DNA from: Chromera velia
Lineage: Eukaryota
Length of the DNA: 59,312 bases
Reading direction: 5' to 3'
Assembly: GCA_018398765.1 (NCBI GenBank)
Contig: JAHBMJ010000025.1
Span: 1-59,312, forward strand
Shown: in pieces, positions 12,967 through 23,487 of the stretch
How the letters are laid out: each line of letters begins with the position of its first letter
Numbering within the stretch: position 1 is the first letter of the stretch
The notes under the pieces: generated by a model
Seen by the model: only the letters and a program-made list of their open reading frames with translations
What the model was told of the DNA's origin: nothing
Databases searched by the model: none
Program-made: the position numbers and the translations under genes

Positions 12967-15900
12967 AATGGTGATTGAGGTTTTTGTTATGCATGTCGCG
13001 TCCCCGTGTATGAGGGGCGGATCTAGCTATAAATCAGTGTGTCAAGTACATTCATTCATGATGTGTTTTTCTTGCCTGGTGGTAAGCCTGCCTCTGTGAT
13101 TGTCGATTCTGCATCTGGCCGTGTGTCTGGAATGATTCTTCCCTCGAAAGGAAAGGCTGCCCGTCATCTGACTGCTTGGTGTCGGAAGTGGGAGAGACTG
13201 GCTGAGAAATTGAAAATAAAAGTAAAGCCTCAGATTGTCTGCACAGATAACGGAAAAGAATTCATTGGGGAAAAGAAAGGCCAGTATGAGTATGTGTGTG
13301 ACCAGGAGACCATCGTTTATCAGAGAGGCCTTGTGTGTACACCGCAGCCGCAAAGGAAGGCAGAGAGAATGAATTGCATGATCAAGTGTCTCCTCTAGAA
13401 GTTGCTATCTGACTTGGATCTGCCTCGTTACTATGGCAAATAGCTCTTCAATGGTGTGGTCGATGCATTGAATGAGTGTGTGTACAGTGAGACTGGTATG
13501 TCGCCTGACTCTTTTATGTTTGGTTCTGGGGCTGCCCGTTCCATTTCTCCAATCTCTGTTGGTGATCGTGTTGTGGTGACTGACCCTTGTCCCCTCCCCT
13601 CGTCTGGCTTGCCTGTGCGTGGGAAGGAAGGAATTTTTTGTGGTGTCGAGAGTGAGTCTTGCGTGATGGTGATTGTGAAGACAGAGAATTATAGACGTGG
13701 GTGGAAGCCTTTGCATATGCATCCGAGTGGTGTTTCTTTGATTGAATGGTATGGGTTGAATGCTTCCCCTGACCTCACAGAGTTTAGGGGTGCGGCAGCT
13801 GCACCTGCCGATGATGTGGATCGTTTTTCCGACTTCTCTTTCGATGATGATGGAGAGGTCGATGCCAATGCGATGGGGGGTGCTGACCTTGTTGCTGTCC
13901 TCTCTTCTTCTCGTACGCAGGCAACTTTCTTCGATAGTGTTTCCGCTGCGGCTGTCCGTCAGTTGGAGCACGTCGTGGGGAGTCAGCCAGCAAGTGTTTT
14001 TGCACCGTTTTCTCTTCAGAATCCCTCTCAGAGTGCTGCAGGTTTACATCTTCTAGCCGGCCAACTGGAAGCACCAGCCCAGCAGCAGGGGGTGGAGAAT
14101 GAGCGCCGGGAAGAGGCAAAACAGTCGGAGTGGGACGCTGCACCAGCTGCTGGGTCTGAAGAGACAGAGAGGGAGGAAGAGATTGTTCTGCCAGACATCT
14201 CTGATGATGATTCTCTCTTTGGGGCGAATCTTCTGAAGTCTGATAGCGGAACCGCTGCAGCCGGCCTGCTTGCTCGCGAGAGTGGGCCAACCAGCAGCAG
14301 AAAAGAGAAGGGAGTGCAGGTAGTACAGGAAGATGAGGGAGTGCAAGAGGCACAGGACGATGAAAGGAAGAGGGAGAAGGAAAAGAAGGAAAAGGAAAAG
14401 AGAGTCACGCGTCTGTCGGTTGATAAGAAAGTCATTGACGTCATGATGACACATGTGAATCCCGAAAAAGGACATGTCATGGCAACGGAAGGGGAAGTGA
14501 GAAATGGAAGTCACGATGGAGCCATGAGAGAGGAACTGAAGAGTTTTTAGAGAAATGAGGTCCTCAAAGTGGGGGGTGTGCGAGTACCTGCAAGGAGACG
14601 GGTGATGAAGACGCGGTGGGTTTTAACCTGGAAGATGAAAGGTGGAAAGAGAGTCCCCAAGGCCAGATTGGTGTGTAAGGGCTTCCAGGATAACAGAAAG
14701 AACGTTGAAACCTACAGTGGGACGGCAGCCTGGTGGGGTTGCTTGTCTGTTTTGTGTTTGCTTCGAGCAAAGGATAGAAGGTAGGAAAGTCGGACGTTCG
14801 CACAGCATTTTTGACTCAGTCTACACCGATTTCCGATGATGTGTTCGTGCAGTTGCCAGGCCGAGTTCCTGAGGGGTCACCTGAAGGGTTCGCATCTGGT
14901 GAGGTGAGTCAATTGCTGCATGTGATGTACGGTCTGAAAGATGCGCCTCGACTCTATGGTCAGCACTTCAAACGGATTGCCGGAGAGTGTGGATGGGAAG
15001 AAGTGACTGAAAGCGTGTTTGTGAAAAAGGAGGCAGGAAGCGTGAAGGCTGTGATGGCTGTTCATGTCGATGATTTGCTTGTGTTTTCTGATGATCCCGT
15101 GCGTGATCTCGAGCCTCTGCGCAAGCGTCTTGAAATGGATGAGCCTGAGATTTTTGAGTGTGGGGGTAAGATGGGTTACACAGGGATGGAGGTGAGGAGA
15201 ACAGAGGAAAGCTTTGCTCTCTCGCAGAAAGCTTATCTCGAATCAATCCCTGTGCAAAAAGAAGACCTTCCCCGCAAGTCTTTGTCTCCTGAACTCATTA
15301 AGTCATCAGCAGAAGAGGAGACAGACGAATCTCTTGTGAGTGTCATACAGAAAGTGATGGGTGTGCTTGGTTGGGTTTGTCGCACGACTGCCGATCTTAC
15401 ATATCTGTTCAGCGAGCTCTCTCATTATAATTCTCGCCCTTCTGGTTCAAAGCTTGTGGCTGCTTTACTTACATTGATTTGCGTGCGTGAGAAGGGTGAC
15501 TGCCTGCAGTTCAGCGGAGTGGATGATCCGAAGCTTGTTCTCTTTGTTGATGCTGCGTATTCTCTTTCTCGCTGTGAAGGGAGAGGGGGGTTTGAAGCGC
15601 ATCTGGTTGACAAGAAGGAAAGCATCACCAACATGAGGTTCTCGAATCTCGTGGCATGGAAGAGCAAGAGAATCAAAAGAAAACTGATTTTTTCTACCTC
15701 TACAGAGTTGTGTGCGCTTGTAGATGGCGTGAAGCAGTCGTTCCAATGGAAGCGACTTGCTAAGGCCCTCTGGATGAAGCCTTTGGAGGTTGAGGTTTAC
15801 ACTGACAGCGCTCCTCTGATGGAGCAGTTGGAAAGTGGACAGTCCAGACGGGAGCCTCGCATGGATGGTCTGTTGGCGTATGCACGTCAAGAGCTGAGAG

Positions 15901-16110
15901 CCTTGAAGGCAAAGGTACTGTGGATACAGACAGACAGATAGAGAGCGGACAGACATACGAAGTACAAGATGGAGAGGGGTAGAGGAAGTCAAGCTCCCAA
16001 GTTCGTGTAGAAGCAGATGAAAGGAGATAGAAAGGTTCTGGATTTTGCAAAGGCGTGCAGAGGAAAGCGAAAGAGTGACTCTCATGGTAGCTCTTGAGTC
16101 AAGGGGTGAT

Positions 16111-16326
16111 TGTTAGGATTTCTTCCGGGGCCGCTTTCCGGGGCCGTTGGCAGTAGGCTGCGTGCGCATAGAGAGGCATGATGCACAGAGATGCAGTGTT
16201 GCAATGTAGCAATGTATAGCAATGCATGCAGAAACTGATCGATCCATCGTAGCGCATATTGTCTCTGGCTAAAACCAAAACAGACGGCCTCTCCTATGAA
16301 CCTGAAAGTATGACAGAATCTTTACA
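16111..16326 (+). repeat. Copia 3' LTR (TG...CA)
   Basis: Aligns to 12754-12966; followed by the ATTTA TSD. Confidence 0.92.
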
Positions 16327-16749
16327 ATTTATGACCTCATAGTAAATTGTTCTCTCTGCTAGAGCTCTAGTATCTTTGAGCGTATGAAGATATGGATATG
16401 CACACTGTTTGAGTCAGTATGACAGCGTATAATAGTGGATACACTTATTTCTTCTTCTTTTTTTCATTTTAGCATTCATTCAATGCTAGATCTAATGTTA
16501 AAGTAGGATAACAAATCTGTTTCTTAGATCCTAGCCTGGATCTTTTTCTTCCACAAATGATAAGCCCAACTCAGAGATGGAGTGCAGTCGGAAAAGAAGC
16601 GAACTTATTAAAGAAGTGCAACTATCTCCTTTGTGACCCTCGGCGACTCTCTTTCTCTTCTTATAGAAGTTACAGTATAACTCACTCATCGAACGAGAGG
16701 AAACTTAGATATTTGTATGTGCATGAGCTAGAGTCATGATAATTGAGAA

Positions 16750-17085
16750 ACGTGTGTTCTCTAATCATGCCTACGGTCTATCCATCGGCTTGCAAGAATC
16801 GACGTAATACTGCGATTAATTGGCATGCTGATTTTGAGCTATTAATGTTTAGCTCGGCGTGTATGCGAAGCTTTAGTCTCCGATGGTTTTTCGCATGCAT
16901 GCGTTTTTTGTATGTCGTTTAATTAGTATGTATTCGATAAATTCCAATTGAATCAGACAGCAGCCTGTTGGATTGTACTGGATTATGGTAGATTGACCAT
17001 GTGCTCCTACCGACACATTTGTGTACAGACAACATAAGATCTCAACTGTTGGAAGAGACTTTCAATTTCCTAGAATCTCTATTAT
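16750..17085 (+). repeat. 5' pseudo-LTR (direct repeat, 336 bp)
   Basis: Ungapped match to 22544-22879 with about 15 substitutions by manual alignment. Confidence 0.93.
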
Positions 17086-17247
17086 AGATTCTTTTTCCAG
17101 GTCGGCTCCTTGCCTTGAACCTTGGAATTCTATAAACCGTCACGTGCATGCAGTGAAGTCCAGTCTCTCTGCTGTCCCTGTAGACTAATTCTTAGGTACT
17201 TGAGGGACTTAGAGATATACAAGTCAGTGAAAGAACGGCTCGGTCAG

Positions 17248-18816
17248 ATGGAAATAGAAGAGGCGCCCCTGGATACAGGAAGAATGGTTGAGCCAAGGAA
17301 GAGGATCCCAGATAGAATGGTTGTGAAACCATATCTGCCGGGTTATGAGCTAAAGGCGGACGAGGTCATCGTCCATACGTTCGATACAGAGAAGACGGGA
17401 ATGACAGAATGGGTCCTGGTGAAGATGAGGGTGGCAGACGCTACAAATTTGAAAGCCATGAACAAGGATGCCCTCGAGTCCTCTATGAAGGTGGAGGTAA
17501 TGAATAAACAGGCATACAATAGACTGATCGTGCCGTCGAAGAAAATGAAGAAGGGGGGAGAGATAAATGAAAAGGCATATATCGGAATGATGGAGGTGAA
17601 GGGAGCGTGTGATGAGATGGTGGAGGGGGTGTTGATGCCAATGTTTCAGATGCCGCTCGACGGGGTGTTCTCGAAATCCAGAAGGGAGTATATGATGATG
17701 CAGAAGGGAATGGAATACAGAGAATACAACCGGAGGCTGACGAACAAAGTAAGAAGTGAGGGGGCTGCATACATTGACGCACACCTGGCCACTGAACATA
17801 TAGCTGCCAGAGCGGGGGCACAGGTAGATGTGGCGAGTGAGATGTTGTGCTCAGTGGCGGAGATAGTGAAAGAGCATGGAGTCATGGAAATTCATGGGCG
17901 GGTTGTTCGTCTTTAGGAAGAGATGAAGAAAACCCGGAGAGGAGGGGGGAGTGGGCCAATGGGTGGGAAACACTCTATGTACTCGACCTGTGACATCTAA
18001 TCAGGGGGGATCACAGTTGAGGATGTAGATGTAGATGGCCCTGGGGTAACAGAGAAGAGGATTCCAAACACAAGGGTGGATGTACGCCAGACTGGGGGGG
18101 GTGGAATAGTGAACAAAGGGATGAATGATGGGAGGAAGGGGGATGGGGAAATTAGTCTGATGGTGCCTAACGGAAGGCCGAGAATGAACGGTAATACAGG
18201 GGTGAACGGGGTGGGAGGGGGAGGGATGCAGGATAGCTTTGATAGGCAGACAGGGACAGGGTTACCTAAGCGAGTGAGGCAGGTAACGCATTCCTCGGAG
18301 GGGAAGCAGGGGAACACAGACTCAGGGTTTGTGACCCCAAGATCCATGGGGGAGAGAGAGGGAGAGGGTTAGCAGATGCAAAAGAGAGCTGTAACGCCCT
18401 TCAGACCGTCGTCTGCCAGGAGAGACAGGCCCACAATGAATGAAATGCAAATCTTCCCCCCGAATGTGCCGATGGTAGGTGGGAGGATCGTATACGAGAC
18501 ACTGGTTGACCTTCCGGTGTATCGACAACCGAAAAATGGAGGTTTGGGGGGGAAACTCTGGCAAGAATGTATGGATGATGCCAGACTGATGGTATCTGTT
18601 ATGTGCAGTGAAACACGGCGGGGCCAGGTGAGGAGGAAGATGATCTCAGCGCTGAGGGACAACGCAGTGGACGGGGATCTGGAGGGCTGTGACCTTCTGG
18701 AACTCGTTTATGCTTTCATCATACAGAAAAAGAGGGTTAAGGCTCTCTGTCTGCAGCAAAAGAAGGAGAGAGAGGGGGGGAAGGGGATGGGAGGTCGCCA
18801 GATGGGACCTGAGTGA
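17248..18816 (+). pseudogene. Upstream ORF of the Penelope-like element (~520 codons, three in-frame stops), function unknown
   Basis: ORFs 17122-17916, 18076-18372 and 18376-18816 share one frame, interrupted only by TAG/TAA/TAG. Purine-rich; Met/Lys/Gly-rich product. Confidence 0.6.
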
Positions 18817-18859
18817 CTAGGGACTCAAGAGCATGTCGGGAGGAGCAGTGGTCAGTTGA

Positions 18860-21800
18860 ATGTTTAAATTAATTTTGATTCTTCTTTTTTTGTCTTTGTC
18901 TGATGAATTGCATCAGAAAGTGAGGGAACTGGTTGGAGTGATTGGGAAGGATACAGGGAATGGAAGGGGTTTTGGCAGGGAAAGTGTGAGAGAGAAAGTG
19001 GAGTTTGACCTTGATCGTCTCTCCCTCAGATTGGCTGGGGTGCGGATGTTTGTTGCATCCCACCATGTGCACGCAGTTCAAGCCTGTCCTGTTTGTACAT
19101 CGGAGATTCACAGATGCGATTGCCCGTTGACGACGGTTCTTGTCATTCAAACAACACAGCCACCTTCATACACTCTCCATGTTATGCCTGCGTCCCCTGA
19201 AGATGTGATGAATCCTTTTTGCAAGCTTCGGAGTGTCTTTAAGAGAGGGTTTGGTCAGAAATGTTTGAGGAGACTTGTATATTCCCATTCGCTGGCTGCT
19301 TCTACATGGTTGGGTCTGTCTGATACGAAATATTCTTCCTTTCTGAGAGAGGTCAAGGATGCTTGTGCTGGGGTGGGAGAGGATGCATCATGGTAGGACA
19401 AGGGAGTAATATATTTGATTTGGTCACGATGGAAGAGAGGCTTTTATATTGGAAGTACCGTTGGTAGGGCGCTCGATCGGTTCTTTCAGCACCTCACGAG
19501 TGTATTAAAACCGCGTCGCGTTGGGAAAAAATATAATAAGATGGGTTGTGGGTATGCACATCGCTTCTATTCTGTTTTGCTGATGCTTCCAGACACGGCC
19601 TCTTTGTTATCCTTCCTATTGCAAAGATTGAGGGTGGTCAGATAAATTTGCGCATGATAGAATACTTATGTATTCGTACATACAAACCTATATAGAATAC
19701 AGTTGGTATGTTGAGGAGATTCAAGAATGACCCGGTGCGTAATTTGAGGGACCTTAATAAAAGGGATGTTCGCTCAATTGCGTGCAGGTGTAGTGACAGG
19801 GTCTCAAGTCTGAGGAGGAGACTTGAATCTTCTGTTTACATGTCAAAGTTGGCGGGAAGAGTTGATAAAGGAGGCATTTTCTAATCTCGCTCCCTTTTCC
19901 TCTACAGAGTCACTGGCAAAGAGGGTGTGGGGGCAAAGAGAGGGGAAGGGGACGTGATTTCTCTTTTTTGTGCACGACTGCTGACTGCATTGTTCAAGAA
20001 GGTCCTTCCCGATTCGTCTCTTCGTTCATTTGATGCGATGAAGAATGATTTGAGTGTATGTATGCGCATGGTGCCCAGGGGCGGGATTCTTGGGGAAGGG
20101 AGGGCAACTTTTGACTTGAATATGAGACGAATGTGCGAGTTGAATGGCTGGTCAGCAGCGACTTTGCTCAGAGGGGAGCTGATTACGATTTGGGTGCCCC
20201 TCGCTGACTTGTCTTTTTTCCGATCTTTTTATTTTACCATGTTTGAGGAGATAAGGAAAACTGTGTCTCCATTGTCAAACGTGAGGCTTCGCCTTCTCCC
20301 TGCAAAGCTGACTGATCTCCAACAGACTTTGGACAATATATATGGGATTTGTGGGGAAGGAGGAGGGGGTGAAGGTTCTTTTTATGGATCGTCGTGTCAT
20401 TGTAGAGAGATCATTGCGGAATTATTTGATCTTCCTTTGCTTGATGGTCATGTATGTTGTCTACTGTCTGCATCTTCCTCTCTTAGATCTTTCTTCTCTC
20501 TTCCTCCTCACTTTTCCTCCAAGGCCAAATTATGGCCTAACACTGGTGCATGGAATGTTGTTTCGAAGGGTATTGAGTCTTTCCTCCGTTCTGTTCTCAC
20601 TTTTGATGGTAGCACTTGGGAGGGGGTTGGTCTAGGGAGGACAATGGGAAGGGGAAGGGGGAGGGAGAATATAAGAGGCAGGTCGATGAAAGGGGTCTTG
20701 TCTCCTGTAATGATTGCCGACCTTTGGGAGCGGTGGGTTTCAACGTTTTCGTGTGCTTAGGCAAATGAGAAAGGGGCTGGCCGTCCCAAAGAAGTCTATG
20801 ACAATCAGAAAGTTATTGACTGCTCTAGCAGTTGTGCCAGTTGACAAGGCCAGAGGAGATCTGGCTTTTTTGTGTAAAGGGAAATACATTGAGGCAGTGG
20901 CGAGAGCTTTTCTTTTTGATTCTTCTTATGGAAGAATTGGGGAGGGTGAGTTTTCTGCTTTTCTGGACCTTCTGGAGAATGGTTTTCCGAATGAAAAGGA
21001 TGCATAGGTGTCTTTTTTGAATCAGTTCAAGAAATTTGACAGGAAGAAACATTACTTTGGGATTGGGATCCTTTGGGTGAAACGTAAGTCTTGGGGAGTT
21101 GAGGGGGAGCTCGCTGAGTCTTGGTCCTCTTTGAAGTACAGGCTATTGGTATCTTATAAGAGACATGCCAGACGTGAGATTTTCTCTTTCCTTTGCAAGG
21201 CTTTGAATGGCTGTCTTTCTTACTTTTCGCCGCAATATGACTTTGACTCTGTCTTTGCTTTTCAGGATAAGGTTGGGATCTTTAATTCAGGGTTTGGGAG
21301 ACTTGCAGATCGTGGCTCTTGTATTTCTTCTAATTCGTATTGGCCTCGGGGTGGACTTGGTCTGCTGGTGGACGACATCAAAGCATTTTTTCCCTCTCTA
21401 CCCAGAGCTGATTTCCTTTTTTGTTTGAATGACTTTATTCATTTCATTCATTCTTCCTCTAGATATCGCTTTGTTGTGTTGCCCACCCATAAGTCCTTTT
21501 GTATTAAGGAGGCGGGTCCGGAAGAGGGTGAGAAGTGGTATTCTCGGAGACGTTACTTAAAACCTGTTGCTTTTTTATCCTCCCACTGCAATTATGCAAA
21601 TGCACTTTCTTGCTCTCTTAATATGCTAGCTCGTATAATTAATCTTGATTTTGTTTCGAATATAATTTGGGTTCGAGGGAAGATGGTCAGACAGTATGAA
21701 GGTTTTCCTCAAGGGAGTCCGTGCTCTCCTGGTGGGGCCCGATTTTTTGCCGCGTGGAAAGAGTACTCTGTTGCGTTGATGAGATCGAAGCCTTCATGGG

Positions 21801-22413
21801 GGGGGAGAAATGGATGGCAGGGAGATACATGGACGATAGAACGATTGTTTTTAGGTCTGACTATGGCATAAGTGACGTGCCGGATGACCCCATAATGGAA
21901 AAGTTACTTGAGGAAGACTTCTACAGTCCTGCATGTGTTTTAGAACGTCAGAAAGGATCTACGGTGCTTGGTTTACGTCTTTTCTCTTTGCCGGAATCTC
22001 CTTTGATTTTGCTTTTTGCTGCTGTTAATCCTAACCGTGATGTTCTTTTTAATTTCTTTTATGATCTAGTTGCTTTTTCTCTGTTGCCCATTTCTAGAGG
22101 ATGGTCGTCTTTTTCTAACCTACCTTTACTTCGTAGAATGCGTCTGATGCATGCTTTCTCCTATGTTCCCTCTATTTCAGCCAAGAAGGGCCTAATATCC
22201 TCTCATCTTATCCGGACACTTCTTTTTTGTAATGCACCTGCGGTTGTCCTGGTTGACGAACTTATTTTTCTGTTTTTGGAGTTGTATATTTTGAGATGGC
22301 CTGTTTCGTTTTTGCTTGATTTGTTCATGTCTGCAGTCTATCGGACTGGTGATGATGGTCTTTGTTCTCTTTGGAAGGCGCATTTGTCCTTTCTTTGTTT
22401 TATTCTAAAATAA
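18860..22413 (+). pseudogene. GIY-YIG-CxC-RT polyprotein ORF of the Penelope-like element (disrupted)
   Basis: ORF pieces at 18860, 19415, 19927, 20714, 21008 and 21721 chain together, with stops and frameshifts near 19620, 20720 and 21800 (G-run). Confidence 0.8.
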
Positions 22414-22543
22414 TCTACATATGACTGATTTTCAACGTTATGGCCTTTTGTTGTCGTTTGTTTCCGCAAGTGTACCTGAGAACCGTCAGCGATAGACAAA
22501 AGACAGCGGTATGGATACGGAGGGGCATCACGCGTGGGACACT

Positions 22544-22879
22544 ACGTGTGTTCTCTAATCATGCCTACGGTCTATCCATCAGCTTGCAAGGATCGACGTA
22601 ATACTGCGATTAATTGGCATGCTGATTTCAAGCTATTAATGTTTAGCTCGACGTGTATGCGAAGCTTCAGTCTCCGATGGTTTTTCGCATACATACGTTT
22701 TTTGTATGTCGTTTAATTAACATGTATTCGATAAATTCCAATTGAATCAGACAGCAGCCTGTTGGATTGTACTGGATTATGGTAGATTGACCATGTGCTC
22801 TTACCGACACATTTGTGCACAGACAACATAAGATCTCAGCTGTTGGAAGAGACTTTCAATTTCTTAGAATCTCCATTAT
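22544..22879 (+). repeat. 3' pseudo-LTR (direct repeat, 336 bp)
   Basis: Matches 16750-17085. Confidence 0.93.
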
Positions 22880-23487
22880 GAATGAACAATACATTAAAAA
22901 GTATAAAAAAACGAGATTGCGAGAACGAATAAAACAAGAAAAACAGACACTCTCATATGTCTTAATGAGTCTTCAGCGTTGAGCAAATTTGCCATCAAGA
23001 GCTATTTTGAGAGCGAGGGAAGTGGTTTGGGCACTGGGCAGCCGCTTTGCAGATCGATATATCGATATGCGCGCATGCATGCATGCACTGAGGCCGCCGG
23101 TGGCAGGCCCGCGCGCGGCGCGCGGGCTGGCCGGCGGGGCCGGACCGCGGTTTATAGTTTATAGTTTGGTCGGGGTGCGCCTGTGCGGTGCATGCATGCT
23201 CGATGGCGCGCGGCTAAATCTTTTTAGCCACGCGGGCTTTCATGCATGCACAAAAATCGGCTTCGGGCCAAAATCGGATCGCGCGCAGAAGCTTAATTCG
23301 ATCGAAATTCTTCACAATTATATCGATGAGATCGATCGATCAATCGAATCAATTAAGGGTCCAACTTATCCTCGATTGATCACCTTGCATACATCCTCAT
23401 CGTATCCTCATCACTAGCTGCTTGAGTACACTGCTCTGCCTCTCTAATCCTTGCGAAAGCTTCACCTCAAATCAGTCAGTTTTCAAA

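Larger units (their letters stand above)
12754..16326 (+). mobile_element. Ty1/Copia LTR retrotransposon, internally deleted and inactivated
   Basis: Two LTRs; ATTTA TSD at 12749-12753 and 16327-16331; purine tract AAGGGG before the 3' LTR. Order is integrase (TDNGKEF), RT ([20 protein letters not shown]), RNase H (FVDA, TDS). Premature stops; no gag or protease. Confidence 0.93.
16750..22879 (+). mobile_element. Penelope-like retroelement with N-terminal GIY-YIG endonuclease (Naiad/Chlamys type) and pseudo-LTRs
   Basis: 336-bp direct repeats without TG..CA ends, PBS or PPT. GVIY(19403)...YIGST(19445)...R..QH...E...P.*N; CHC (20395) then DGHV; RT motifs VPVDK, YRLLVS, DDIKAFFP, QYEGFPQGSPCSP and RYMDD (21826). 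No integrase or RNase H. Confidence 0.82.

Noticed and set aside
22470..22545. Possible hammerhead ribozyme before the 3' pseudo-LTR (CCTGAGAA-CCGTC...GAC-AAAAG)
   Set aside because: The core does not match CUGANGA...GAAA and I could not build stems I and III. It could be a decayed or variant motif, but one copy does not support the call.
16750..22879. Reading the 336-bp repeats as true LTRs or DIRS repeats
   Set aside because: No TG..CA ends, PBS, PPT, TSD, integrase, RNase H or tyrosine recombinase motifs were seen.
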